This document shows, in pieces, positions 10,260 to 19,917 of a stretch of 64,000 bases of DNA. The position numbers and the translations under genes were made by a program. Source of the DNA: a virus; IMG/VR virus record IMGVR_UViG_3300026538_000054, positions 128,285 to 192,284 of that record, one strand, 5' to 3'. The notes under the pieces were generated by a model that ran no database searches, was not told where the DNA came from, and worked only from the letters and a program-made list of their open reading frames with translations. The number at the start of each line of letters is the position of its first letter. Positions within the stretch are counted from its first letter, which is position 1.

Positions 10260-11965
10260 TGAGCACGGTTGGTTGGCGCTCGACGCAGTTCAAGGCCTGG
10301 GCGAACGTGGACGTCACGAGGCCGGGAGGCCCTGTCACGGTCTACCGGGCCCCTGTTGTTTCCTTCCAGGCCAACTTCGACCTGAATGCTATACCGACGG
10401 CCGTATTGCAGCTCGGCGTCGGCAGAAACGTCCGAAGCACAAAGACCATCTCCGCCGCCCACCCGCTGCTTGACTCCTTGAAGTTGCTATCGCCCATCAG
10501 GGTCTGGCTCCAGGCCTTTGACCGGGCCTTTTCACCGGACGGTGAGGCGCCTCTAGGCCAAGAATGGCCAGACGTACCCTTCGTGCTCTTTGACGGCTAC
10601 GTGGCCGGCGTCGGCAGTGACACCGGGGCGGGCAGAGCGGGCATAACGCTGCACTGCATCCACTGGCTTGCCGACATGAGCTTCTCGAGCGCCATCAGCC
10701 GGTCTTCCATGCCAAGCAATACTACGGCCCTGTCCTACGGCGCCGGCTTCAGGGGCAGGACCGACGACGGCCAGACGCCTTTCCCGACCGGCAACCCGCA
10801 GAAGTTTATGAACCAGGCCAACGTTCTGACTGACCTCTGGGGCCAAAGCATTGCGCCCTGGTTCGACTCGTTGTGCTCTCAGGACCGCTTCGACATCGCC
10901 GACCTGCCCGTGGAGAAGACCGGGCCGCTGTCCAAGAACTACGAGGCCTTGCGTGCCCTCCTTCGCTTCGAGGGCTATCCGGGCGGGCTGCTTAACCGAT
11001 ACGCGCCGACCATGCCCCTGGACAACGGCCTCCTGGGCGCTGAGAGACTTCCTGACGCGCTCAGTGGTCTATGCACCCACCAGGGCCACGAGTCCATGGC
11101 GACGACCACGCTCTGGGACAAGCTCGTCGGCGACCTGGGAGCGCAGCTTCTTTTCTCCGTGGTCCCCATGATCGATCGGGCCCTGGTCGTCCCTTTCATC
11201 CCCGGCCTGCGAAGGGCCAGGACGCAAATCACCGCCTCGGAATATGAGGCCATAGGCAGCCAGAGCGCCCTGAGCCGGCCTCTTCGCGCCGTCTGCCTGG
11301 CCGGAGGCGCCGGCTCCGCTACCGGCGGGCAACGGCCCGCTTTGCCCAACGAGTCGTACGTCCCTCAAGGCATCGGCGGCGTATGGCCGCGACCGAGCGA
11401 CCCGGTCCACGACGCCGAGCCGGACCTGAGGGCCGGCCTGGTCCTGGTCCGCCAGTTGCCTTTGTGGCTGGGACAGATCATGACCGTCCCGTTATTCGGC
11501 CGATCGTCCGCCCCTCCGGACGACGTCTCGGGAGGAGCCGCCTTTCCTCGTGCAGGCGCGGCGCCAGTCGCCGCTCTTCCCGGCGCGATCCGGCCGGCGG
11601 TCATCTCTTTCTGGGACCGCTTCGCTCGCGCGCTCTACCTGGTCGAAAGGCTCAAGGGAAGGCAGCTCAGCCTCAGGACCAACTTCCGGCTGGACCTGTC
11701 GCCCGGCTCCACGGTGACGGTGGTCTCTTCCAGGGACCGCTTCATCGAGGCGGTGGTTGGCAAACAAGCCGACGTTCTCTGGGCGCATGTCTCGAGGGTC
11801 ACCTTGGTGCTCGACGCCGAGGGCCGCCAGGCGCATACGCTTTTGCAGCTCAGTCATCTCCGAACGGCCAGGGAGAACGCGCTTGCCACCACGGGGACCG
11901 ATAATCACCCTCTATGGAAGACCGTCTTTCTCGGAGCGCCCCTGACCAGCGCGATGGGAGACTAG
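10259..11965 (+). CDS. Putative baseplate hub protein
   Basis: ~568 aa; C-terminal FRLDLSPGSTVTV...HVSRVTLVLD beta-barrel pattern typical of hub proteins; context. Confidence 0.5.
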   Translation: MSTVGWRSTQFKAWANVDVTRPGGPVTVYRAPVVSFQANFDLNAIPTAVLQLGVGRNVRSTKTISAAHPLLDSLKLLSPIRVWLQAFDRAFSPDGEAPLGQEWPDVPFVLFDGYVAGVGSDTGAGRAGITLHCIHWLADMSFSSAISRSSMPSNTTALSYGAGFRGRTDDGQTPFPTGNPQKFMNQANVLTDLWGQSIAPWFDSLCSQDRFDIADLPVEKTGPLSKNYEALRALLRFEGYPGGLLNRYAPTMPLDNGLLGAERLPDALSGLCTHQGHESMATTTLWDKLVGDLGAQLLFSVVPMIDRALVVPFIPGLRRARTQITASEYEAIGSQSALSRPLRAVCLAGGAGSATGGQRPALPNESYVPQGIGGVWPRPSDPVHDAEPDLRAGLVLVRQLPLWLGQIMTVPLFGRSSAPPDDVSGGAAFPRAGAAPVAALPGAIRPAVISFWDRFARALYLVERLKGRQLSLRTNFRLDLSPGSTVTVVSSRDRFIEAVVGKQADVLWAHVSRVTLVLDAEGRQAHTLLQLSHLRTARENALATTGTDNHPLWKTVFLGAPLTSAMGD

Positions 11966-11969
11966 CACC

Positions 11970-12698
11970 ATGCCCTCGGCGATTGAAGCGGAGTACGAGC
12001 CCTACTACAGGCGCTGGAAAGAAGAAGGGACGCCCGAGGCCAAAGGCGAGTTGCTTCGCCGTCTGGCCCCGGTCCTCAACGCCGCCATTCGCACCTACGC
12101 CGGCGACGCTTCTCCCGCCATCCAGGGACGGGCCAAGCTCCTGGCGCTCGAGGCCGTCGGGCGCTACGACCCGAAAAGGGGACCTTTGCGCTCGCACCTC
12201 ATGAGTCACCTGCGCGGCCTGTATCGCCACGCCGCCAGGCAGTCGCAGGTGATCAAGCTGCCTGAAAGGGCGGCCCTCGCCATCGGCAAGCTCAAAGCGG
12301 CCGAGAACGAGCTGGAAGACACTCTGGGCCGACCGCCCAGCACGGCGGAGCTGGCCGATCACACAGGCCTGTCCCCCGAGCGCATCGCCAGGGTGAGGCT
12401 GGCCCGGCCGGGCCTCACCGAGGGCCAGACGACGATCGAGACCGATGAAGGAGAGTCGGCCATCTCACCCGCGGTGAGATCACGAGCGGGCATCGAGGCC
12501 TGGCAAAACTTCGTGTATCACGACCTGCATCCCCATGACCAGCTCATCATGGAGCACGCGCTTGGCCTTCACGGAGCTCCTGTTCTGCCCAAGAACCAGA
12601 TCGCCGGGAAGCTGGGGATCAGCCCGGCGGCGGTCACTCAAAGGGCCAAGAAGATCCAGGATCGCCTGGACTCTCCCGGCGGCGAAGAACTGTTCTGA
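11970..12698 (+). CDS. Sigma-70 family RNA polymerase sigma factor (FliA/WhiG-like)
   Basis: Region 2 (LALEAVGRYDPKRG..RSHL), region 3 (LEDTLGRPPSTAELADHTGLSPERI) and region 4 HTH (QIAGKLGISPAAVTQR). Confidence 0.85.
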   Translation: MPSAIEAEYEPYYRRWKEEGTPEAKGELLRRLAPVLNAAIRTYAGDASPAIQGRAKLLALEAVGRYDPKRGPLRSHLMSHLRGLYRHAARQSQVIKLPERAALAIGKLKAAENELEDTLGRPPSTAELADHTGLSPERIARVRLARPGLTEGQTTIETDEGESAISPAVRSRAGIEAWQNFVYHDLHPHDQLIMEHALGLHGAPVLPKNQIAGKLGISPAAVTQRAKKIQDRLDSPGGEELF

Positions 12699-12706
12699 GG
12701 CTCAAG

Positions 12707-13252
12707 ATGGCCGTACTGCACTACGACGATATTTTTCACCTGCGCCTGTTGCACCTGGCGAACCACTCCGGCAACCAGGCGGAGATGCACGCGCCCGGCG
12801 GGGCCTCGGAGTGGTATGCACCGCTTGCTCCTGAACAGCTCGAGGCGCCCCTCCCCACCGAGGTGGACCAGTGGCAGGAGGCCTTCGCAAGAGACCAGAT
12901 CAACGAAGCCTACAGGGAGGCGGTGACCACGGAGGAGGGCACGCTCGGCGACTGCTCGGCCCTCACCGTGCAGGGGGACTACCTGGCGATGGCGGAGAGG
13001 GCCTTCAGGCTGCGCTGCGCCTCGCGAGTGAGAAGGTCGGCCCACGCCTCCGCGAGGAGAAACGGCCTCGCTTCTCCAGGAGGGGCCTTTGAGCGAGTGG
13101 CCGGCCTGGTACAGGACCGCCTGGCTGCGGGGGCGACCGACCAGTTACCGCCGGCGGACGGGCCCCTGCTCACGGAGGACGGCCCGGCCACCGTGCAGGA
13201 GCTGGCCCTCGAAGAGCTCTTGCTGCGAGACGAGCGTCTGTCCAACGAGTGA
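12707..13252 (+). CDS. Hypothetical protein
   Basis: Operonic spacing, typical codon usage. Confidence 0.55.
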   Translation: MAVLHYDDIFHLRLLHLANHSGNQAEMHAPGGASEWYAPLAPEQLEAPLPTEVDQWQEAFARDQINEAYREAVTTEEGTLGDCSALTVQGDYLAMAERAFRLRCASRVRRSAHASARRNGLASPGGAFERVAGLVQDRLAAGATDQLPPADGPLLTEDGPATVQELALEELLLRDERLSNE

Positions 13253-13659
13253 GGGCTGAAACGGCAATGGCTGGCACACGAAGCGATGTCATGGTCCTGG
13301 GCGACGGCAGGCTCCAGGCGGGGACGGCCAAGCTGGCCCAGCGCGCCGTGATCGAGCTCCTGACCGAGCCTGGCTCGGTCAGGGGAGACCCGACGCGAGG
13401 TACGGTCTTCGCCTCCTTGACCAGGCCAGGACGGGTGGCGACGGAGGCCGATATCTTCGCGGCCTTTTCTCTCTCTTTGCCCGGCCTGGCCAGGGCCCTC
13501 GCTCGCGGCGAGACCACCGCGACGCCGCTGGAAGAGAGGTACAAAAGCGCCAGGCTCGACAAAGTGGTGTTAACGCCGGGTCAGTTGGTGCTCACCGTCA
13601 GCGTGGTGTCACAAGCAGGCGGGCCGGCCCTGGTTTCTTTCTCCATCACCTACGGTTAG
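13249..13659 (+). CDS. Baseplate wedge protein, gp25-like
   Basis: KLAQRAVIELLTEPGSVRGDPTRGT matches the gp25/GPW motif; precedes baseplate J-like gene. Confidence 0.7.
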   Translation: MRAETAMAGTRSDVMVLGDGRLQAGTAKLAQRAVIELLTEPGSVRGDPTRGTVFASLTRPGRVATEADIFAAFSLSLPGLARALARGETTATPLEERYKSARLDKVVLTPGQLVLTVSVVSQAGGPALVSFSITYG

Positions 13660-13668
13660 GGGCGACTC

Positions 13669-15285
13669 ATGGACTTCGTCTACGACCTGGCCGCCCTGGA
13701 CCAGACCGAGCTGGATGCCACCAGACAGGCGATCCTCTCCGCCCTGGAGGACTACGCTCCTACGGCGGACGTGAGACAGGGCGCGATTCACGACCTGGTG
13801 CTCGAGCTCAACGCCGTCCTTGCGCAACTGATCCAGGAGCAAGTCAACAAGGCCGAGAGCGCCCTGGGCGTGCTGGCCCTTGATGATGCGTCAACGGCCG
13901 ACCCTGCTGCCGTTGACGCCGTTCTTGCCGACTACGGCGTGAAAAGACGAGTCGCCACGCCCGCCGCCGGGAGCGCGCAGGTGGTCTTGAGCGCCTTCAT
14001 GCCCGTCACCATCCAGGCAGGGGCCGTCTTCACGGCCGGCGGGCAAAGCTACCAGTCGGTATCAACCTTTCAGGCCAGGACCTCCCCTTCGTTGGTCAGC
14101 CTGCCGACGGACCGGCTGATCACCCAGCTCTCCTCGACGCGCTGGGTGTTTACCATCGACCTCGTCTGCGCCGTAACGGGCTCGGCAGGCGCTCTACCCG
14201 CCGGCGCGCAGCTAACACCAGCCTCCCCGCCTGCCAATTTCGTCGAGTGCTACTCCAGGGAGAGCTTCTCGGGCGGCCAGGACCAGGAGACCAATGCTTC
14301 TCTTGTCGCCAGGCTGCAAGCGGGCGCGGCCGTCAAGTCGCCCGGAAATAGAACGTCCCTTGAAGGGATGGTGAGGACCTTCATCCCCGAAGCGCTTCAC
14401 GTCTCCGCCACGGGGGCCGGCGACGCCGCCATGCTCAGGGACAAGCACGGTCTCTTCCCTGGTGCTACAGGCGGCAAGTGCGACCTCTACCTGCGCTACC
14501 AGGGCGCCTATGAAGAGTCGACCCTGACCGTCACGGCCACGCTCAACTCCAAGGTCGGGGCGGTGGGGACCTGGCAGGTCGGCCTGACGCGAGACCAGGC
14601 CGCCGGTCTCTACGAAGTCAAGAAGGCCCTTCTTCCCACTCAGGCCTTTTCGGCGACGGGCTTTGCCATCAGCTACGACGCAAGGGGCGTGGACGTCTCC
14701 GGGGAGAGCTGGCCGCCTGACCTGGCGAGCCCGCTCGAAGCGACGTACTCGAGCTACCAGACGGTCGTGGTGCGCTTCGCCGACACGATCACGGACGTGA
14801 CGAGCGTCTCAACCGGAGCGACGGCGAGTTATGTCCTTGTGCTGCGAAGAATGCCCAAAATCAAGGAGCTTCAGGCCTGGTTCTCGGCCGCCGAGAGGCG
14901 ACCCCTGGCCTCCGACCTCCTGATCAAGTCGCCCGTGCCCGTTTTCTCGGCGGTCTCCTTTGATCTGGTGCTGCCCGTCTCTGCACCTACGCCCGACGCG
15001 AGCGCCGTCAAGGCGGCGGTGGCGAGCGCCGTTGCTGGACAGGGCTTTTCCGCTCGGTTGTCTGCAAGCCTTGTCGCCTCGGGCGCGCGAGCCGTTAGCC
15101 CACTGGCCGCCGTGGATAACGTCGCCCTCTCCGGCAGGCTCCGGAAGCCGGACGGCACGAACGTCTCTCTGTCAGGCTCGCAGTCCCTGGCCATCACCCC
15201 TGACGCCGCCAATATGACCACCGCCGACACCGTGATTTTCTTTCTTGTCTCTGCGGACGTGACCTACACCCTCGTCCGCGTATAG
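13669..15285 (+). CDS. Baseplate J/gp6-like wedge protein
   Basis: DVRQGAIHDLVL, RRVATPAAG, SGGQDQETNASLVARL motifs of the baseplate J family. Confidence 0.8.
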   Translation: MDFVYDLAALDQTELDATRQAILSALEDYAPTADVRQGAIHDLVLELNAVLAQLIQEQVNKAESALGVLALDDASTADPAAVDAVLADYGVKRRVATPAAGSAQVVLSAFMPVTIQAGAVFTAGGQSYQSVSTFQARTSPSLVSLPTDRLITQLSSTRWVFTIDLVCAVTGSAGALPAGAQLTPASPPANFVECYSRESFSGGQDQETNASLVARLQAGAAVKSPGNRTSLEGMVRTFIPEALHVSATGAGDAAMLRDKHGLFPGATGGKCDLYLRYQGAYEESTLTVTATLNSKVGAVGTWQVGLTRDQAAGLYEVKKALLPTQAFSATGFAISYDARGVDVSGESWPPDLASPLEATYSSYQTVVVRFADTITDVTSVSTGATASYVLVLRRMPKIKELQAWFSAAERRPLASDLLIKSPVPVFSAVSFDLVLPVSAPTPDASAVKAAVASAVAGQGFSARLSASLVASGARAVSPLAAVDNVALSGRLRKPDGTNVSLSGSQSLAITPDAANMTTADTVIFFLVSADVTYTLVRV

Positions 15286-15289
15286 GCCG

Positions 15290-15298
15290 TGGTATCCT
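15290..15298 (+). promoter_or_regulatory. Extended -10-like element TGG-TATCCT
   Basis: Just after the baseplate J stop, upstream of an operator-like palindrome and ORF 15392. Confidence 0.3.
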
Positions 15299-15311
15299 GC
15301 AAAAGCTATCC

Positions 15312-15331
15312 ATTCTTTTCCGGAAAAGAAT
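15312..15331. promoter_or_regulatory. Perfect 20-bp palindrome ATTCTTTTCCGGAAAAGAAT (operator-like, recurrent)
   Basis: Perfect inverted symmetry; related copies at 30313, 43974, 52844, 55121 and a half-site at 62612. Confidence 0.6.
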
Positions 15332-15337
15332 TGCGAT

Positions 15338-15367
15338 AAGCCCTGGCGCGGAGGGCTTTTACCGCGC
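15338..15367. repeat. Interleaved two-stem (pseudoknot-like) element
   Basis: AAGCCC-tg-GCGCGG-a-GGGCTT-tta-CCGCGC. Confidence 0.55.
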
Positions 15368-15391
15368 GGAAACACCAGAAAGGGCCAGCTC

Positions 15392-15883
15392 ATGTGGGAG
15401 TTGCTTGGCGATGCCGTATCCCTCGACGCCGCGTGGGAGCTCTGCGAGAGCGTACCGGGCTGGGCCTGGGCCGCCTCCGTCGTCGTTGCGCCCTTGGCGG
15501 GCAGGTCGATCTGGCGAACGAGCAGGGCCGCCTGGCGGTTGACCAGGGGACTGCTTGTCACCACGCCGGGAGAGCTGTGCGAAGAGATCAACAAGCAGCT
15601 CAAGAGCGCCTCACTGCTGGAGGGCGACATCGGGCTCAAGACCGCCCGGTGCTGTGTGCAGGGCAACCTGGAGCACAAGTCCTTCAAGGTCGAGCTTCTG
15701 GACACGGCCGGCAAGTGCTTCAAGGACGTCACGGAGCTCTTGACGCCGGGGGAGCAGCGGCTCCTGGAGAGGGCCCTCCAGGCCGGGATCGAGGACCGCA
15801 AGAGGAAGCGTACCGAGAAGAAGAGGGCCCTGGCGAGCCACTTCCTGACCGGGGAAGGGAACGAGAAAGTAACGGAGATCTGA
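15392..15883 (+). CDS. Hypothetical protein with N-terminal hydrophobic segment
   Basis: 163 aa ORF inserted in the baseplate module; basic C-terminus. Confidence 0.55.
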   Translation: MWELLGDAVSLDAAWELCESVPGWAWAASVVVAPLAGRSIWRTSRAAWRLTRGLLVTTPGELCEEINKQLKSASLLEGDIGLKTARCCVQGNLEHKSFKVELLDTAGKCFKDVTELLTPGEQRLLERALQAGIEDRKRKRTEKKRALASHFLTGEGNEKVTEI

Positions 15884-16338
15884 TGTTCCACGAGATGAAC
15901 AAGATGATGGGCGGTGCTGTACCGCAGACCAGCCCCGGCCCAATCGGCCGGGGTTACCAGCACGGCAAAGCGCAGGGCGATGCACTGGCCGAAAAACTGC
16001 TCGAGGCCTTCAAAGAGGCGCTGGAGCGACAATCGGGCGTCACGGAGACAAAGGACTGCGAGGACAACTGTGAGGGCGGTTATCCCTCGTGCGAACCTCG
16101 CTCAAGCTGTTCGGCCGGCACGGGCATGCCGGCCGAAAGCGGCCGGCCGATCATGCTGGGCGACGTGGTTCGCCTCAAGTCGGGCGGCCCTTCGATGACC
16201 GTGATGTCCATCGTCAGGGGCCCGGCCAACCGTAGCGGGCTGGACGTGGCCATTACGACCTGGTTCGCCGACGCAGCGCGCCAGAGCGTCGGCGACTTCC
16301 CTAGCTGTTGTCTGGAGCTTGTCCCGCGCAGCATTTAG
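15883..16338 (+). CDS. DUF2158/YodC-domain protein
   Basis: C-terminal LGDVVRLKSGGPSMTV...TTWF is the YodC/DUF2158 signature; ATG 15883 overlaps the previous TGA. Confidence 0.7.
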   Translation: MFHEMNKMMGGAVPQTSPGPIGRGYQHGKAQGDALAEKLLEAFKEALERQSGVTETKDCEDNCEGGYPSCEPRSSCSAGTGMPAESGRPIMLGDVVRLKSGGPSMTVMSIVRGPANRSGLDVAITTWFADAARQSVGDFPSCCLELVPRSI

Positions 16339-16386
16339 CCCGCTACCTAGTGTGACAAAGCCCTCCGCAGCGGGCTAAGTGCTGCG
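16327..16386. repeat. 18-bp inverted repeat made of two head-to-head copies of the pseudoknot-like element
   Basis: CGCAGCATTTAGCCCGCT (16327-44) vs AGCGGGCTAAGTGCTGCG (16369-86), one G-T; full element AGCCC-tc-CGCAGC-GGGCT-aagt-GCTGCG at 16359-86. Confidence 0.7.
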
Positions 16387-16404
16387 ACAGAGTAGACAAG
16401 CCAG

Positions 16405-17679
16405 ATGCCGTACGAGTTCCCAAACGGCGTGATCGACTCTCCGGCCGGCATGGCCGCGCTGCTAGGCACGTTCTGGGCGGCCCGGTTCCCCCACCGGGCC
16501 GATCTCTACGCCCTGATGGCTGCAAGAAGAGCGCCGGCGGCCAAGGCGGCGCTTCTTATTGACCAGCTCATGGCCGGGCTGTCGGCCGCGAGCGCTCCTC
16601 TGGAGAAGCGAGATCCGCTCTTTCTCTTCGACGCCGTCTACTCCGCCTCAGCGCCCGCACCAACGGGCGGGCAGGCCTCCAGCCCCCGGTCCAACAGGTC
16701 CTACCCGCCACCTTCTTCTCAATTCCAGGGCGCTTCCCTTCTGTTCGACAGCCCGATCTCTCCTGCACGAGCCTTGTGTCGCGGCGCGGACTTCACGGTC
16801 GGCCCTGACGGGGAGATCATCTTCCTCGACGACCCGACAGACGGGCTGGAGGAGAAGAGCTGGCTTGTTGACGCTCAACTGAGCAACAACTGGTCGAAGA
16901 CCGTCGCCGTCCGAGCCAGCGTCACGGGCCAAGTGTCTCAAGGACTGCAGCGGCTGGCCCTGGCCATCCTCAAGGCCGACTACGGCGGGCCGTCGATTTT
17001 TTGCCTTCACGAGGCCCTGGCTGCCATCGCCGACGCGCCCGTGTGTCAGGAAGACGGCGAGGTCTTTCAGTACCAGGCCACGGATAGAAAGGGCCTTCTG
17101 CTCGTCACGGACAAGCGCGTGTATCGCGCTAACTCACTGGCGACCCTCACCGTCAGCGAGGGGCAGGTCCTCAAGCAGGGAGAGTTTCTCACCGACACCG
17201 TACGCGTTCTCGCTCCGAGGTCCTCTCCACCAGCCTGGCTTACCTCTCTGCAACTTCCGGCCGAGTGGTTGTGGCCCTCTCTGGGCGGCGTGCTCACCTT
17301 CGAGAACGCGCAAAAGGCCCTGACGGTCACCTTGAGCGTTTCAGGGCTCACCAAGGTGATCTGGCCGATGCCGGATGATTCTGGAAGGGTGACCGCCTTC
17401 TTCAACCTGCTTCATGCTCAGGGAGTGGCCCAGGGCAAGTCCCTGGCCAACTACCTGGACCTGCGCCCGCAGCCGCAGGCGACTCAGCCGACGTCCGCGT
17501 CGTTGCCTGCGAGCATCAACCCCATGAGCTTGTTACTCGGCACGGTGTTTTCGTCCAACGTCCGAGTGGCGGTCTTGAAGCAAAGCGCCTTTGGCCCGCT
17601 GGCCCTTGGCACGAGTTATCTTGCATTTCTCAGGCGCTTGCTCCCGCCGGGGGCCGGCGTACTTCCCGTTCTTGTCTGA
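16405..17679 (+). CDS. Putative baseplate wedge/tail-fibre attachment protein
   Basis: 424 aa; LHEALAAIADAPVCQEDGEV...VTDKRVY pattern of large-myophage wedge proteins; precedes the fibre-like gene. Confidence 0.55.
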   Translation: MPYEFPNGVIDSPAGMAALLGTFWAARFPHRADLYALMAARRAPAAKAALLIDQLMAGLSAASAPLEKRDPLFLFDAVYSASAPAPTGGQASSPRSNRSYPPPSSQFQGASLLFDSPISPARALCRGADFTVGPDGEIIFLDDPTDGLEEKSWLVDAQLSNNWSKTVAVRASVTGQVSQGLQRLALAILKADYGGPSIFCLHEALAAIADAPVCQEDGEVFQYQATDRKGLLLVTDKRVYRANSLATLTVSEGQVLKQGEFLTDTVRVLAPRSSPPAWLTSLQLPAEWLWPSLGGVLTFENAQKALTVTLSVSGLTKVIWPMPDDSGRVTAFFNLLHAQGVAQGKSLANYLDLRPQPQATQPTSASLPASINPMSLLLGTVFSSNVRVAVLKQSAFGPLALGTSYLAFLRRLLPPGAGVLPVLV

Positions 17680-17696
17680 CCGCTGAGCGCTCTCGC

Positions 17697-18878
17697 ATGG
17701 CACTGCCGCCGGACGAAGAAGACTGCCCGGAGATGACGGCGACGCCGCCTCTGAGCTTCCTCCCTGCGGGGGCCGGCTGGTTCTGCCCCGAGAGCGGCAT
17801 GGGCTCAGGGTCGGGGCCCGATACGGACTCGTTCTACCTCTACCGCGAAGACTGCGTAGAAGGCGTCAAACGTGAGCACCGGGCCAAGATGACCATCATC
17901 GCAGGCGCGGTGAGCCAGGGCCCGTGGGAGTACGTACGAAATAACGGCTGCTGCGACTGTCCGGGCGGAGGCAGCGGTCCGGGCGGAGGTGGGGGAGGCG
18001 TGCTCACCCAGTGCTGCAAGGAGGTGGTCGGTACGCCTTTGCCGCTAACGATCACCCCTAACCCGTCGGCCTGTCCAGGTGATGGGCCGGTCACGCTTAT
18101 GGTGCCTTTTGAAGGTGCCGGCAACGGCTTTCGGATCAACTATGAGTCAAGCGACGGGCAAGTACGGGTCTCGGGGAACATCGTATGCAGTAACAAGGGG
18201 TTCGGCGTAACACGCCCGGAGACGGACCCGCCTTGCACGCCACCGCCTGGCCCGCCAGGATCGCCTGAGCCTGGCGGTTGGTTTGGCTTCAACGGGAACT
18301 GGAAGTGCGGTGCGCTTTCCGGAGGGCTCTTGCCCTGTGAAACCTTTATCCAGCACATCGAAGAATCGACGTGCCAGCCAACGTGCGTACGAATCGTGAT
18401 TGCTCCAGGGGAGGGAGGCGGGCTGATCACGCTGGAGCTTGGCTGTGGAGGCGGCGGTGGAGGCGGCGGTGGAGGCGGCGGTGGAGGCGGCGGTGGCGGT
18501 GGAGGCACCGTATGCGGCGGCAGCTTGCCAGGCCATGTCACGTTCACGATCGCGGGGGTGAGCAACGGCGCGGCCAACGGGACGTTCAACCTTCCACTGA
18601 GTACATCCGGCTGTCCGGGTTGCTCGGCCTGCAACTGCTATCGGTCCGGTGACCTGGGAGGCTACGAGTGGGTAGTACAAGCCAACCCCAATGGGGCCGG
18701 GCCGCCGCTCTTGTACGCGTTTTTCTATCAGCTGTCCGGTGGCTCAATTCAGGCGCTTTACGCCGTTAGTGGGTCCATCGGTACGCCATGGGACTGTACT
18801 TTCCCCAAGACCTTAGACCTGGCGGAGCTATCGGTTGGCACTGGCTGGCCCGCCTCTTTCGACGTGTCGGGGGCCTGA
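17697..18878 (+). CDS. Cys/Gly/Pro-rich tail fibre or receptor-binding-like protein
   Basis: Many Cys pairs (GCCDC, QCC, CPGCSACNC), poly-Gly linkers, distal beta-rich domain; last structural gene of the module. Confidence 0.45.
   Translation: MALPPDEEDCPEMTATPPLSFLPAGAGWFCPESGMGSGSGPDTDSFYLYREDCVEGVKREHRAKMTIIAGAVSQGPWEYVRNNGCCDCPGGGSGPGGGGGGVLTQCCKEVVGTPLPLTITPNPSACPGDGPVTLMVPFEGAGNGFRINYESSDGQVRVSGNIVCSNKGFGVTRPETDPPCTPPPGPPGSPEPGGWFGFNGNWKCGALSGGLLPCETFIQHIEESTCQPTCVRIVIAPGEGGGLITLELGCGGGGGGGGGGGGGGGGGGGGTVCGGSLPGHVTFTIAGVSNGAANGTFNLPLSTSGCPGCSACNCYRSGDLGGYEWVVQANPNGAGPPLLYAFFYQLSGGSIQALYAVSGSIGTPWDCTFPKTLDLAELSVGTGWPASFDVSGA
18447..18506 (+). repeat. (GGAGGCGGCGGT)x4 plus extension, encoding 20 Gly
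   Basis: 12-bp tandem unit read directly. Confidence 0.9.
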
Positions 18879-18879
18879 A

Positions 18880-19917
18880 ATGAACGTCGACGAATTGCAC
18901 GCGCGGATCGCAACCCTGGCGTCGACTCGCCCTCCCTGCCGCCATCTGGGCTCGCCGACCGGCGAGTCGAGGCCTTGCCCGAGTTGCACCGGTACGCTGC
19001 AGGTCCACCTGCGCACCTGTGTCATCCACGGGCAATGCACGGAGAGCAAGCTACTCTCGGGCGTCGAGTGCTGCAGTATTTGTAATGATCGCTCCCCGAT
19101 AGACACGCCCGTACCGATCTCAGCGAGGGAAGTGGTCGAGCCAGCCTCTCTGGTCGCCCGTTTCGACGAGAAGAATATAGCCCCCGACGTGCCGGGAAAA
19201 CGGTTCAACGGCAGCATCCTGGCCTACCAGGATGACTACCTGTTCGCCTTCAGAAACGGCTGGGCAGGCTCGGAGATCTATCTGATCCGGCTGGACAAGG
19301 ACTTCAAGCCGTACGGATCGGCCTGGAAGCTGGAGCTGCACCACAGGGAGGCCAACTACGGGCGAGAGGACCCGAGGCTCTTCATGCACCAGGGCAAGGT
19401 GCATGTCTCCTTCATCGGCGTGGTAGGCGGTCGACGCATCAGGCATACCAGTCAGCTCTACGCCAGGCTTGGCGACGACCTGCGCGTGGAGAGGGTGTTC
19501 TACCCGCACTACGAGAAGCGTAACGGGTGGGAGAAGAACTTCGGGTTCTTCTCCTTTGAAGATCAGCTTTATGCGTCTTACTCCACCACCCCGCACCAGG
19601 TCTTGAAGATTGATGGTGACAGGGCGGAGATGGTCTACAACACCCCGTTTCCTGCGCCGTGGAGCGGGGGAGAGATGAGAGGTGGTGCAGCTCCCGTCCG
19701 CGTCGGCGACGAATTCTGGTGTTTCGGTCACGACCGTATACAGAAAAACGGCGTGTGGACCTACCGTGCGCTCCTGTGGACGTTCCAGGCACGACCACCC
19801 TTTAGGATCTCCCGCTACGTCCCCTACGCGCTCTTGACGGCCGACGTGAGTACGAAACCGGCGTCGCAGTACGCGAGTGTGATCTTCCCGTGTGGCGCCG
19901 TGCTACTAAAGGGCTAG
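18880..19917 (+). CDS. Cys-rich domain plus GH130/glycosidase-like beta-propeller, N-terminal part of a split gene
   Basis: CRHLG..CPSC..CVIHGQCT..CCSIC N-terminus; REDPRLF, EKNFGFF, EMRGG, VIFPCGAV propeller motifs; stops just before the expected last strands. Confidence 0.7.
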   Translation: MNVDELHARIATLASTRPPCRHLGSPTGESRPCPSCTGTLQVHLRTCVIHGQCTESKLLSGVECCSICNDRSPIDTPVPISAREVVEPASLVARFDEKNIAPDVPGKRFNGSILAYQDDYLFAFRNGWAGSEIYLIRLDKDFKPYGSAWKLELHHREANYGREDPRLFMHQGKVHVSFIGVVGGRRIRHTSQLYARLGDDLRVERVFYPHYEKRNGWEKNFGFFSFEDQLYASYSTTPHQVLKIDGDRAEMVYNTPFPAPWSGGEMRGGAAPVRVGDEFWCFGHDRIQKNGVWTYRALLWTFQARPPFRISRYVPYALLTADVSTKPASQYASVIFPCGAVLLKG

